A stretch of 64,000 nt of DNA, from IMG/VR virus record IMGVR_UViG_3300034127_000032, positions 2,587 through 66,586 of that record. One strand, 5' to 3'. This DNA comes from a virus (lineage: Duplodnaviria > Caudoviricetes). The position numbers and the translations under genes were made by a program. This document shows positions 33,937 through 43,641 of this stretch, in pieces. Below the pieces are notes generated by a model. It saw only the letters and a program-made list of their open reading frames with translations, had not been told where the DNA came from and did no database searches. The stretch's first letter is position 1. Each line of letters opens with the position of its first letter.

Positions 33937-34503
33937 TTACTCGCCGCTAGCAGCCAGCAGCTCAGCTTCACGTGCAGTTGTAATGGCGTCAATTGTGGCG
34001 TCAAAATTGTAGTTTACACCATACAATTTGGCGATCAACGCAAGTACTTTGGCCTCGTTGGTTTTCTTTTCAGCAGTGTTGCCAAAACCGCGAGTGGCTA
34101 CAACGCCACGATCTTTCCGCCAGTAGCAGAGGTAGCTACTTACAACGCCCTTGGAAGTTTCCGGCGAAGCAGCATGAGCAGCTGCCTTAAGGTCTTCACC
34201 GGCTTCTTGAGCGGCGTCAAAAGCTGCGTAGAGGATATCGCGTTTGCTGCCGCCTTCTTTTTTCTCACGCTTTTGCGGAGGAGTAGGCAGTTGTACGGTC
34301 GGCTCGTGAACAACAAGACCACCAGTCTCGTTAAGCTCCGGCTCAGGAGTAACAGCTTCAAGCTTCAGCTCTTGCAGCAGCTCTTTGAGCTCAGGAACTT
34401 TCATTGCGTTGCAGCTTTCTTGGCCGTAACCTGCGTTAAAAGCAATAATTTGGTTGATCAGCTTTTGTTTGGCGGTAGGAGCTTTGCTTTTTTCAGTAGT
34501 CAT
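33937..34503 (-). CDS. Putative DNA-binding protein; paralog of 352..840
   Basis: Own promoter and terminator; SKGVVSSYLCYWRK. Confidence 0.55.
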   Translation of the reverse strand: MTTEKSKAPTAKQKLINQIIAFNAGYGQESCNAMKVPELKELLQELKLEAVTPEPELNETGGLVVHEPTVQLPTPPQKREKKEGGSKRDILYAAFDAAQEAGEDLKAAAHAASPETSKGVVSSYLCYWRKDRGVVATRGFGNTAEKKTNEAKVLALIAKLYGVNYNFDATIDAITTAREAELLAASGE

Positions 34504-34562
34504 GGTAAGCCTCGTTATTTAGCTAGTCAGGTTCAACACGCTTGTTGCTTGTTGATGTGTCT

Positions 34563-34592
34563 ATTATGCTCAGTAGGACGCTCTACTGGAAA
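34563..34592 (-). promoter_or_regulatory. sigma70-type promoter
   Basis: TTTCCA-18-CATAAT followed by AGACACATCAACAAGCAA. Confidence 0.6.
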
Positions 34593-34694
34593 TACCATTA
34601 TGGAATAAGGATTATGCTAATTAGCTATTTCCGTATCTTTACGTACTGTAGCAGTCGCATACGCCTGCATAATAAGAAGTAGAGCCCCTTAATA

Positions 34695-34723
34695 TTTACT
34701 AAAAGGACAAGCCGAGTTAAAAT
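34695..34723 (+). promoter_or_regulatory. sigma70-type promoter of the portal gene
   Basis: TTTACT-17-TAAAAT. Confidence 0.65.
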
Positions 34724-34753
34724 CGGCTGAATTGCACTCAAGGCCTATTAACG

Positions 34754-36598
34754 ATGAAGTTTCTGAACTTGTTTACCAGAAAAGCAAAGCCTACAGCTGT
34801 TGCTTTGCCCACTGACAAGCAAGAGCAAGGTGTTCTTGATCTTTCTGCTAAAGCAGGTTTTGGTGAAGAAGCTCCCACCCTTGGAACGGAATTACAAAGT
34901 GTGTTGGCTCGTTCTATTCAGCGAACAATTACTGACATTCCTACAGTGGATGCGAGTCTTGTTTTTACCGGTGATGCTGCAACAGCTGAAGTTATAAAAA
35001 AGACTAAGGTTGGCGATGCCTTTTCTGGAACGCAGGATTTGTCTGTAGGTTCTATTTCTCCGGCGCTAACTGGTTGGTACGCTTCGCAAGGTTTTATTGG
35101 CCATCAGCTTTGCGCGATTATAGCGCAGCATTGGCTTGTTGGCAAAGCATGTGCAATGCCAGCAGAAGACGCCCTGCGTAACGGCTGGACCACCGACTTT
35201 AAAGGCGTTGAAGACGCCAATCAAGTTGAAGAGCTTACTGAAAAGCTAAGCAAGCTGGACTCAAAATTTCGACTCGATGCTGTGCTGCTTGAGGCCGCAA
35301 AATTTACTAACGTATTTGGCATTCGCATTTTGATTCCGCTGGTCGATTCAACCGACCCAGAATACTACAAGAAAAAGTTTAACGCTGACGGCATAACGCC
35401 TGACTCTTTCCGTGGCTGGACGCAAATTGACCCACAGTGGATCTTTCCGCTGTTGGACTCAGTTGGTGCGTCTGACCCTAGCAGTCCTGAGTTTTACGAG
35501 CCTACATTCTGGGTAGCAGGCGGTGTAACTTATCACCGCTCCCATTTGGTTATTTTCAAGACTGAAGAGCCTGCGGATATACTTAAGCCGAGTTACTTAT
35601 TTTCTGGCATACCGCTTACCCAGCGGATTGCCGAACGAGTCTATGCGGCTGAGCGAACTGCCAACGAAGCTCCGCTGCTAGCAATGTCCAAACGGACAAC
35701 AGTTCTTAAGGTTGACTTGGCCAAAGCCAAGATGAAGCTCTCGGCTTTTCTTGGACGCATCCAGCAGTGGGTTAGCTACCGTGATAACTACCAAGTAAAG
35801 GTTATTGGTAACTCAGAGGACATGACGCAAACCGATACGTCGCTTGCTGACTTAGACGTTGTTATTATGACGCAGTATCAGCTTGTTGCGGCTATTGCGC
35901 GCGTTCCAGCCACTAAACTTTTGGGCACTTCGCCAAAAGGCTTTAACGCCACTGGCGAGCATGAAATGAAGTCGTACCACGAATACCTTGAATCTATTCA
36001 AGCCACCTGGTTCGATCGGTTTCTTGAGCGCCATTATTTGTTGGTGTCGCTGTCCTGCCTGGATGGTATTGAGGTTACACATACCTGGGAGCCTGTTGAC
36101 TCGGTTGGTGCAGAAGTTGCCGCTAACATCCAGAAGACCAAAGCCGAAACCGCTGCTATATATCTTGACCAAGGCGTTATTTCGCCGGACGAAGACCGCA
36201 GTCGCCTCCGCATGGATAAAGAGTCTGACTACAACCTGCCGGAGGATGTTGATGCACCCGGTGTTCCGGAAGAGCCAGCGCCTGGAGCAGAGCAGCCTGG
36301 CGCAGAACCCACTGTGGGCGATGTAGAAGAATTACAGCCGGGCGAAACTATTTTGGACGACATTGTACTTGCTACTGCGCTGGTAGTTGCTGAGCCTGCG
36401 GTAGAAGTAGGGTCAAGCGTTTCTGCTGAAAAAGTGGCTGAAACCTTAGCACAACTTGCTAGCGCTCTTGGCAAGGTTCAGCTTAAACCGCAGACCACAG
36501 TTGTTGCTGGGATAACTCCAACAGTTAAAAGTATTGAGCCTTCCGTAGTACCCGTTCCACCAGCTAAGTTTGCGCGTAAAGAAGCACCAGCCGAATAA
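34754..36598 (+). CDS. Portal protein (DUF1073 family)
   Basis: FIGHQLCAIIAQHWLV.KAC.MPAEDALRNG...YH.SHL...IPATKLLGTSPKGFNATGE. Confidence 0.9.
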   Translation: MKFLNLFTRKAKPTAVALPTDKQEQGVLDLSAKAGFGEEAPTLGTELQSVLARSIQRTITDIPTVDASLVFTGDAATAEVIKKTKVGDAFSGTQDLSVGSISPALTGWYASQGFIGHQLCAIIAQHWLVGKACAMPAEDALRNGWTTDFKGVEDANQVEELTEKLSKLDSKFRLDAVLLEAAKFTNVFGIRILIPLVDSTDPEYYKKKFNADGITPDSFRGWTQIDPQWIFPLLDSVGASDPSSPEFYEPTFWVAGGVTYHRSHLVIFKTEEPADILKPSYLFSGIPLTQRIAERVYAAERTANEAPLLAMSKRTTVLKVDLAKAKMKLSAFLGRIQQWVSYRDNYQVKVIGNSEDMTQTDTSLADLDVVIMTQYQLVAAIARVPATKLLGTSPKGFNATGEHEMKSYHEYLESIQATWFDRFLERHYLLVSLSCLDGIEVTHTWEPVDSVGAEVAANIQKTKAETAAIYLDQGVISPDEDRSRLRMDKESDYNLPEDVDAPGVPEEPAPGAEQPGAEPTVGDVEELQPGETILDDIVLATALVVAEPAVEVGSSVSAEKVAETLAQLASALGKVQLKPQTTVVAGITPTVKSIEPSVVPVPPAKFARKEAPAE

Positions 36599-36672
36599 TT
36601 TTAAGGTTCCGTTCCTCTACTGTTTCGTGGGGTTACAGTAGGGCGAGCGGAACCACCCTTTAAGAGTTTTCA

Positions 36673-37473
36673 ATGGCCAAGCCTTTCCAAGCTAGAAAAA
36701 CTCGAGAGCGAGCTAAAAAACCAACGGTTAAGATTGGTAAAGCTCTTATTCCCTCACTAGCGCTAGAACTTGAATACTGCCGCGAAATTTATAACGCAGT
36801 ATATGAGGCCGTTGTAGGTGAAGTTTTACCCTTCAAGCCAGAAGGCTATGCTGAAGACCGGTTAACTGTTAACAGTTTAAAGGCGTTGCAGCGTAAAGCC
36901 TACGCGTTGGTGACCCGCGCTGTCGCCAAGATCAATCGGCATTCAGCCAAGTCAACTTGGGCGTCAATTGAGGAGCTGGCTAAGGACAACCTCACTGTGG
37001 GTAGAGTAGACCTAAGTCCTCTTATCCAGCAGCAGGTAGAAACCAACGTTGGTCTGATTACAAATCTCGGTGAAGAAGCTCGCGCTAAACTGACTGCTTT
37101 GTATAAAGAGCATGGACCAGATTCTGCCACAATATACAAAGAGCTAAAGCACATGGTTGGCTATCGCGCAAAGCTGATTGCTAACGACCAAAACGCCAAG
37201 ATTTTTACCAGCCTAAACACTTCTCGTATGCTTGAGTCTGGGCTTAAGACTTTTCTTTGGGACCATTCTTCTGCAGGTAAAACGCCTCGGCCTTGCCACA
37301 TCAAACGCGATGGCCACACTTTTCTACTAACGGGCGGTCCTGCAGAGCTGCACTTTGAAGACGGCAGCGACGCCAACTACGCGTTTGGCGGTAAAAAAGG
37401 CGATGAAGGTAAACCAGGCTACGCTATAAACTGCCGTTGCAGAATGCGCCCAACAAGTAGTCTTGACGATTAA
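36673..37473 (+). CDS. Minor head morphogenesis protein (Mu gpF-like)
   Basis: RAKLIANDQ.AK...W.HS...PRPCH...PGYAINCRC. Confidence 0.88.
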   Translation: MAKPFQARKTRERAKKPTVKIGKALIPSLALELEYCREIYNAVYEAVVGEVLPFKPEGYAEDRLTVNSLKALQRKAYALVTRAVAKINRHSAKSTWASIEELAKDNLTVGRVDLSPLIQQQVETNVGLITNLGEEARAKLTALYKEHGPDSATIYKELKHMVGYRAKLIANDQNAKIFTSLNTSRMLESGLKTFLWDHSSAGKTPRPCHIKRDGHTFLLTGGPAELHFEDGSDANYAFGGKKGDEGKPGYAINCRCRMRPTSSLDD

Positions 37474-37484
37474 GCCCCTAATTA

Positions 37485-37513
37485 TTTACCCTAAAAAAAG
37501 TTCAGTCTATAAT
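37485..37513 (+). promoter_or_regulatory. sigma70-type promoter of the lysis cassette
   Basis: TTTACC-17-TATAAT. Confidence 0.65.
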
Positions 37514-37581
37514 TGAGAAAATTTGCTGCCCAACTACGGAGTGGCTTATTGATGAAACAACTACTCAATTGGAGAAACTGC

Positions 37582-37884
37582 GTGGAACACTACGTGGACC
37601 GTCTGCTAGAGTTTGCGCATTTATGTATGATCTCACTTCTAGCAGCTTGCGCAAAAATTTCGTACCAAACCCTGCATGGCAAACCATTTAAGTTTGCTAC
37701 TTTTATTGCGCTGCTTATGGTAGCTGTTTTTGCTGCCTTTCTTGCAGGCACTTTTCTACCGCCCGATCTTGCGTACCGTGACGGCATAGTTGGTATAGCC
37801 GCATGGTCAGGCAGTGAGTTTGTTAGAGCAATCGAAACTCGCTTACTCGCTAAAATAAAAGGAGGTGATAATGTCCCTGGCTAA
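37582..37884 (+). CDS. Holin
   Basis: 2-3 transmembrane segments, basic C-terminus, upstream of the endolysin; GTG start with GGAG RBS. Confidence 0.7.
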   Translation: MEHYVDRLLEFAHLCMISLLAACAKISYQTLHGKPFKFATFIALLMVAVFAAFLAGTFLPPDLAYRDGIVGIAAWSGSEFVRAIETRLLAKIKGGDNVPG

Positions 37885-38212
37885 CTATCTACACGCTGTT
37901 TCAACAATTCCACTGCCGCAGTGGGCAGCTAGCATCATAAGTCTAATCGCCATATGCTACGGTACTTGGCTAATTATACACGCCGATCATGACTGCCCAA
38001 AGGTTTTTGCAGTATTTTCAGTCGCTGGTGCGAGCATGTACTTGCTTATGCTTGTTGCGCAGCTAATGGACGCAGTGGCTTTTACAACTAGTCAAGATAG
38101 CGTCATGGCAACAGGCTTTTGCCAAGCGGCGCCAGTCCGCACGCTTTATGACCTTTTTATGGCCTCAATAAACTTAATGGTTTTACGCGCGCTACATAAC
38201 GCGCATAAGTAA
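37871..38212 (+). CDS. Second membrane protein of the lysis cassette (holin/antiholin candidate)
   Basis: Three hydrophobic segments; GGAGGT RBS. Confidence 0.55.
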   Translation: MSLANYLHAVSTIPLPQWAASIISLIAICYGTWLIIHADHDCPKVFAVFSVAGASMYLLMLVAQLMDAVAFTTSQDSVMATGFCQAAPVRTLYDLFMASINLMVLRALHNAHK

Positions 38213-38223
38213 GGAGAAATTCT

Positions 38224-38766
38224 TTGGACGCACTTACACTATCGCGAGCAATGAGTATTCCTTTGGCCCGCGCACAAAAGTGGGCTCAACCTCTTACGGC
38301 TGCAATGGAAGATGCGGCAATTAACACTCGGCTTCGCCAAGCTTCTTTTCTCGCGCAAGTTGGTCACGAAACACTATCTCTCGTTTATGTTAAAGAGTTG
38401 GGTGCTGCGTCCTACTTTTCTAAGTACGATAAAGGAACGCCGATCGGCATCAAGCTTGGCAATACGCAGACCGGTGACGGTCCAAAATTCCCCGGCCGTG
38501 GCCTAATTCAAGTTACTGGCCGTGCAAACTACTTGGCATGCAGCAAAGCTCTTTTCGGCGATGCCAGACTGCTGGATAACCCGGAGTTGCTAGAAAGCCC
38601 ACAGTGGGCTGCAATGTCAGCCGCTTGGTACTGGAAAAAGAATAGCCTTAATAACTTGGCAGACGCTGATCGGTTTACCGACTTGACAAGAAGGATCAAC
38701 GGCGGGATTAACGGTCTTGAAGATCGTCAAGCCCGGTATAAAACTGCGCTATCTGTGCTGGTATAA
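38224..38766 (+). CDS. Endolysin, glycoside hydrolase family 19
   Basis: FLAQVGHET, GDG.KF.GRGLIQVTGRANY, SAAWYW, TRRINGG.NGL.DR. Confidence 0.93.
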   Translation: MDALTLSRAMSIPLARAQKWAQPLTAAMEDAAINTRLRQASFLAQVGHETLSLVYVKELGAASYFSKYDKGTPIGIKLGNTQTGDGPKFPGRGLIQVTGRANYLACSKALFGDARLLDNPELLESPQWAAMSAAWYWKKNSLNNLADADRFTDLTRRINGGINGLEDRQARYKTALSVLV

Positions 38767-38768
38767 AT

Positions 38769-39299
38769 ATGTCACCACTCGATAAGCTGTTCCCCTACTT
38801 GCTGGCTATTGGGCTTGTATTTTCTGCGCTATTTGGTGCCTACTGGTACGGCAGCTCGGTAGAAAAAACTAAGTGGGAAGCAAAAGAAGCTAAGCGCAAT
38901 ACTGACGATACTGTTGCCAGACTTGCTGCAGAAGTTAAAGCGCGAGAGTTAGAGTCCGCATACAACCTAGCTAACCAAAAGGTAGCAGCAGATGGCCAGC
39001 AACAGATCGACAGTATTAAAGTTTTGCTTGATTCCGCTAATGCTAGGTCTAACAGCGTGCAGCAACGGGCAAACCAGCTTGCTGACAAACTTGCCAGCAG
39101 TTCAAGAAGCCTCAATTCCTGCACTACCGCCTCAAGCAAGGCAGCTGCCGATACCGCAAGAATACTCGCCGACGTATTTAGCCTGGCTGACTCAGCAGCG
39201 GGAGTCTTGGTTGAAGCTACTGAACAAGCAAGAACCCGCGGATTGATTTGCGAAAAAGCGTACGATAGTCTTGTCGCTAACAGTAAGCAACGCAAATAG
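38769..39299 (+). CDS. Inner-membrane spanin (Rz, DUF2514-like)
   Basis: N-terminal transmembrane helix, coiled coil, G..CE.AYDSL. Confidence 0.85.
   Translation: MSPLDKLFPYLLAIGLVFSALFGAYWYGSSVEKTKWEAKEAKRNTDDTVARLAAEVKARELESAYNLANQKVAADGQQQIDSIKVLLDSANARSNSVQQRANQLADKLASSSRSLNSCTTASSKAAADTARILADVFSLADSAAGVLVEATEQARTRGLICEKAYDSLVANSKQRK
38992..39246 (+). CDS. Outer-membrane spanin (Rz1) embedded in Rz
   Basis: Lipobox LTAC and Pro-rich periplasmic part, in a different frame inside Rz. Confidence 0.8.
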   Translation: MASNRSTVLKFCLIPLMLGLTACSNGQTSLLTNLPAVQEASIPALPPQARQLPIPQEYSPTYLAWLTQQRESWLKLLNKQEPAD

Positions 39300-39493
39300 G
39301 ACGTTATTATGCGGCGTAGACTAATAACGTTTGCTTTTTGCCTATCTTTAACGCAGTGTCAGCCCGCCCAGTTTGCGGATAACATTGAATACCTGTGGGC
39401 AGCAGCTACCGCAGGTAAAAAAGGTACTACCAGCACCATCAGTCGGGACAACTTTTTGGTAAAATAAAATTGGTTGACTTTTAACCCGCAATA

Positions 39494-39522
39494 TTTACAA
39501 GCTGTAGTGCTTGGCTTAGAAT
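39494..39522 (+). promoter_or_regulatory. sigma70-type promoter of the head operon
   Basis: TTTACA-17-TAGAAT. Confidence 0.65.
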
Positions 39523-39550
39523 GAAGCCAGTTATTTAGGGTTAGTATCGC

Positions 39551-40885
39551 ATGCGGATTATCTTTGACGCTTCAGCTTCACCAAGTTCCCGGCGTCTTGA
39601 CGACAACGGGTTCTTACACGTCTCAGCATGCCCAATTACTTCGTTTGGTGTGTTTGATTACGCGCGCTCAGAAGCTGAACTTCCGGGCGACCCAAACGAA
39701 ATAGTTAAAGTTCTTCGCGCTAAAGAAGTCATTTCTTCTGCCGAATTCATTGCCTCCTGCCAAAATCTTCCCATTGTCAATAATCATACCTATATTGAAG
39801 GCGTGACAGTTGACGCTGAACCCGGTGAAGAAGACGGCATGGACCCCGATAAAAAGGGTGTTAACGGTGCAATGACCAACGTGCGATTTGATGAAGAGTC
39901 AGGCTGGGTAGTTGCTGATCTAGTGTTCTACTCCCGCACAATGATTCGTCTAATCCTGTCAAATAAAAAGGTAGAGCTATCCCTTGGCTACACCTGTAAG
40001 TTTGTTCCGCTGGACGGCCAGGCCGAAGCGGCCGAAGCAGCAGAGCAGACGGATATGTCCGGTAACCATCTTGCATTGGTGGACCGGGCCCGTGTACCAG
40101 GCGCTCGAGTTCTTGACAGCGCTTTTCCCGACGCATCCCTTGAGGGCAATGAAATGCCAAAACCAGTTGTAGTAAAGAAAAAAACAATGGACGCCGATGC
40201 GCTGTCCGCCTTGCGTGAAGCGCTTTTGCCAGCACTGACCGCTTTCCTCGAAGGCCAAGGCGGCGGTGAGCCAGCAGCCGCTGACCCAGCAGCAGAACCT
40301 GTTGCTGAACCGGCTGCTGACCCAGCTGTTGAGCTTTCCCCAGAAGAACAAGCTGCAAAAAAAGCTGCCGAAGAAGCTGCTGCAGCTGAAGCTAATGTTG
40401 ATCCAGAGGCTGCTGGCGACGAAGGTGAAGAAGCCGGGGCTGTTAGCGCGCTGATTAAACAGCTGATTGATGTGCTTAACGGCGGTGCTGCTGAGCCTGC
40501 AGTCGGCGATGAAAAGCTTGACACTGATCCAGTAGTCAAACCTACCGGCGATGAAGACGGCGAAGAGCAAGTTGCTAACGCACCGGACAAAAAAGGTGTA
40601 ACAATGGACGCGATGTTTGCGGCTGTTGCCAAGCGAGACGATCTGTATAAGCGTGTTTCCCGCGCAGTCGGTGCTTTTGATTGCGCAGCAATGTCGCACG
40701 CCAAGGTTGCTAAGTACGGTGTTAAAAAACTGGGCATTAAATGCGCAGACGGCCATGAAGTGACTGCACTCGACGCGTACCTGCTGGCCACAGACAAGGC
40801 GGCAGAAACTGCAGCTAAACCTAAAATCGTTGGTGACAGCATGCCGTCTAGCTCTGAGCTTGACGCGTACCTGGCCGGTAAGTAA
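39551..40885 (+). CDS. DUF2213 head maturation protease/scaffold
   Basis: D.NGFL...CPITSFGVFDY...ELSLGY.C...GNHLALVDRAR; acidic Ala/Pro linker. Confidence 0.88.
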   Translation: MRIIFDASASPSSRRLDDNGFLHVSACPITSFGVFDYARSEAELPGDPNEIVKVLRAKEVISSAEFIASCQNLPIVNNHTYIEGVTVDAEPGEEDGMDPDKKGVNGAMTNVRFDEESGWVVADLVFYSRTMIRLILSNKKVELSLGYTCKFVPLDGQAEAAEAAEQTDMSGNHLALVDRARVPGARVLDSAFPDASLEGNEMPKPVVVKKKTMDADALSALREALLPALTAFLEGQGGGEPAAADPAAEPVAEPAADPAVELSPEEQAAKKAAEEAAAAEANVDPEAAGDEGEEAGAVSALIKQLIDVLNGGAAEPAVGDEKLDTDPVVKPTGDEDGEEQVANAPDKKGVTMDAMFAAVAKRDDLYKRVSRAVGAFDCAAMSHAKVAKYGVKKLGIKCADGHEVTALDAYLLATDKAAETAAKPKIVGDSMPSSSELDAYLAGK

Positions 40886-40896
40886 GGAGAATACCC

Positions 40897-41424
40897 ATGT
40901 CGTTTCAAACTACGGTCGGCTTTCGTAACACCAGCGGTTTCCTGGGCCAAATCATCCGTGAAGTGCCAAGCGTCGTAAAAGTATGGCACTTGAACAGCCA
41001 AACTGCTTTGACAAATACCTTTGGTAAAGCGTTTACCGCTTCTGCCGAGTCGGTTACTACTCCAGAAATGGGTCTGCAAGCAATTAAAGTTGCAGTAGTA
41101 GGCGGTACTGCTGCGTTTGCCGGTATCCTGGTTAACCCAAGCGAATTTGCAAACTCCGGTTCGGCCTCCGGTACGTTGGCGCCAAACCTGGATCTGCCAG
41201 CCTACTCGCGCGCTGAGCTCATGACTGAAGGCGAAGCTGTTGTATCGTTTGCAACCGCCGTTGCGTACGGCGATGGCGTGGCATTTAACCCGGCTACCGG
41301 CGCGCTTGTTGCTCCTGGCGCGGGTATGACCACTATTGTCGGCGCAATGGTAACCAACACTACCACTGCTGCTGGTCTTACTACCATCAGCCTTGCGAAG
41401 CTGCCAACCCCAGCCACCGCCTAA
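40897..41424 (+). CDS. Head decoration/cement protein
   Basis: MSFQTTV...G; lies between the DUF2213 gene and the major capsid gene. Confidence 0.7.
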   Translation: MSFQTTVGFRNTSGFLGQIIREVPSVVKVWHLNSQTALTNTFGKAFTASAESVTTPEMGLQAIKVAVVGGTAAFAGILVNPSEFANSGSASGTLAPNLDLPAYSRAELMTEGEAVVSFATAVAYGDGVAFNPATGALVAPGAGMTTIVGAMVTNTTTAAGLTTISLAKLPTPATA

Positions 41425-41484
41425 CAACCCATCCAGCTGCTGCACTTTACTTACCCACAGTGCAGCGGCAATAAGGAGCAAGAT

Positions 41485-42582
41485 ATGAGCAAAGTTCACA
41501 ACCACTTGAGCGCAAGAAGCGTTCGCCCTTTCAACATGACGCAGATCGGCGACCAAGCGGTGCAGTCTCTTGCTCGCCTGGGTATTCACATCGATCCGGC
41601 CGTTGTTCATCGTCAAGTACGAGCTCTGGCGGTAGGCGACTCCTCTTTTGTAGCGCCTGTTACCCAAGGTTCCATCACTACGCCAATCCAGTTTCTGCAG
41701 GCTTGGCTTCCAGGCTTCGTGCAGGTAATTACTGCTGCTCGCAAAATCGACCAGGCCATCGGCATTACCACTGTGGGCAACTTCCACGATGCCGAAGTGG
41801 TGCAGGGCATTGTTGAACCGGCCAACTCGGCCACTGAGTACGGCGATTACAACGCTATTCCACTGGCCGAGCTGAACGTCAACTTTGAGCGTCGTTCGAT
41901 TGTCCGTGGTGAACACGGCATGTCGGTAGCACTGCTGGAAGAAAAACGTGCATCGGCCATGAACCTGAACGTCGCTGAGCAAAAGCGTCAAGCTGCTGCG
42001 ATCGGCCTGGAAATCATGCGTAATGCGATCGGCTTTGGTGGTTGGTTTGCCGGCAACAACCGTACCTTTGGTCTGCTGAACGACCCGTTCCTGCCTGCTT
42101 ACGTGGCAGTAGCCGGTGCAGCTTGGGCTACTAAAGACGCGTTGGCCATCATGTCCGACATCCGTACTGCAATTGCACGTCTGCGTACTCAATCGCAAGA
42201 CAACATCGACCCTGAAAACGTCGATATGGTCCTGCTGATTGCCACCTCCTGCGTCGATTACCTGTCGGCTGTCACCATCAACGGCGTGTCGGTTCGTGAC
42301 TGGCTGACTCAGACCTACAAGCGTATTCGCGTTGAATCCGCTCCACAGCTGAACGCAGTTAACGCCGGTGCAAACGGCTTCTACCTGTTTGCTGAAAACG
42401 TCGATAACTCGATTGACGGTTCTACCGACGGCGGCATGGTGTTTAAACAGCTGGTGGTCAGCAAGTTCATGACTGTTGGCGTGGAGAAAAAAGCAAAACG
42501 CTACGTCGAAGACTTTGCCAACGCCACTGCGGGTGTTTTGTGCTCCCGGCCGTACGCAGTAGTCCGCTACTCCGGTATCTAA
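41485..42582 (+). CDS. Major capsid protein (DUF2184 family)
   Basis: PIQFLQAWLPG.V...YGDY...N.IGF.G...TFGLLNDP.LP...NATAGV...RPYAVVRYSGI; strongly biased codon use. Confidence 0.92.
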   Translation: MSKVHNHLSARSVRPFNMTQIGDQAVQSLARLGIHIDPAVVHRQVRALAVGDSSFVAPVTQGSITTPIQFLQAWLPGFVQVITAARKIDQAIGITTVGNFHDAEVVQGIVEPANSATEYGDYNAIPLAELNVNFERRSIVRGEHGMSVALLEEKRASAMNLNVAEQKRQAAAIGLEIMRNAIGFGGWFAGNNRTFGLLNDPFLPAYVAVAGAAWATKDALAIMSDIRTAIARLRTQSQDNIDPENVDMVLLIATSCVDYLSAVTINGVSVRDWLTQTYKRIRVESAPQLNAVNAGANGFYLFAENVDNSIDGSTDGGMVFKQLVVSKFMTVGVEKKAKRYVEDFANATAGVLCSRPYAVVRYSGI

Positions 42583-42605
42583 TAAGACAACCGGCAGCGT
42601 TAACT

Positions 42606-42630
42606 AAAAGGGGATTTATCCCCTTTTATT
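42606..42630 (+). terminator. Rho-independent terminator after the capsid gene
   Basis: AAAAGGGGA-ttta-TCCCCTTTTATT. Confidence 0.85.
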
Positions 42631-42692
42631 TTATCATACAACTGGGTCTTTCATTTACTAATTAAATCAACTGTAGGTTTATTCCCAATAGG

Positions 42693-42722
42693 TTTACTTA
42701 ATAATCTGCTCTGGGCTATAAT
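42693..42722 (+). promoter_or_regulatory. sigma70-type promoter of the neck/tail operon
   Basis: TTTACT-18-TATAAT. Confidence 0.6.
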
Positions 42723-42759
42723 AAACCTGTAAAAACCCCCAAAGGTAAAGGACTTTTAT

Positions 42760-43197
42760 ATGTCTAAGTACGTACTATCTACAGCCACTTGCAGCCAGCG
42801 CTTCGTTGACTACCACCTTGGCGCAAACGGCGGTGTACATTCGGTGCTTAAAGAAGTGCTGATTAAAGGCGGCGCAAACTCGCCTAGCTCCACCAGCGGT
42901 TTTGGCGAACTTGCTAGCACTGAAGGCGGTCAACCGCTGTGGACCCCGCAGGGCTGCGTAACAACCATTACCGATGAAGAAGCAAAGTTTCTTGAATCGC
43001 ATGAAGGCTTTCAGGCGGCTGTCAAGCGTGGCTTTTACACCGTTATGGATAAAAATCCAGGCGATAGCCATTCCAAATTGGCCAAGATCGTTGAAAGCGA
43101 TATGACCAAAAAAGATGGCTCTGCACCGCTTAATAAAGACACGCTTAAAGGCGTAGTTAAAGTCACTACTAAATTGAAAGTAGACGACGAGGATTAA
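42760..43197 (+). CDS. Virion morphogenesis protein
   Basis: V.IKGGAN...TP.G.VT.ITDEE..FLE....F, typical just after a DUF2184 capsid gene. Confidence 0.65.
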   Translation: MSKYVLSTATCSQRFVDYHLGANGGVHSVLKEVLIKGGANSPSSTSGFGELASTEGGQPLWTPQGCVTTITDEEAKFLESHEGFQAAVKRGFYTVMDKNPGDSHSKLAKIVESDMTKKDGSAPLNKDTLKGVVKVTTKLKVDDED

Positions 43198-43200
43198 GCA

Positions 43201-43641
43201 ATGGCCGTAGTACTCGACATTCCAGCGTTTAGAGCAATGTTTCCGCTATTTGCAAATGAAACTACTTACCCTGACATGCTCATAACCATGTACTGGGCGC
43301 AGGCTAAGTGCATGATGGACGACGAGTGCTACGACGGTTGTTTGCCAACCGGCGATTGTGCTGAAATACACATGTACTTGCTACTCGCGCATTTTTTATC
43401 ACTACATAAAAACATCATGCGTAACAAGCAAGGTGGTTTTATTAGCAGTTCGTCCGTTGATAAAGTGTCTGTTACCAAGGTTGCTCCACCGGTAGTAGAC
43501 ATGTTTGACTGGTGGATGTCGCAATCACCCTTTGGTCAACAGCTTTTGGCCTTACTGTTGGTTGACTCTGTTGGCGGCTTTAGCGTTGGTGGCTTGCCAG
43601 AGCGTCAAGCCTTCCGTAAAGTCTATGGTACCTTTGAATGA
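43201..43641 (+). CDS. Head-tail adaptor (DUF4054)
   Basis: FRAMFP.FA...YPD...LLLAHFL...SVDKVSV...QSPFGQQLLALL. Confidence 0.85.
   Translation: MAVVLDIPAFRAMFPLFANETTYPDMLITMYWAQAKCMMDDECYDGCLPTGDCAEIHMYLLLAHFLSLHKNIMRNKQGGFISSSSVDKVSVTKVAPPVVDMFDWWMSQSPFGQQLLALLLVDSVGGFSVGGLPERQAFRKVYGTFE

Noticed and set aside
39988-42198. 736 aa minus-strand ORF
   Set aside because: It is the antisense shadow of the strongly codon-biased protease, decoration and capsid genes; Ser/Ala-rich with no RBS or motifs.
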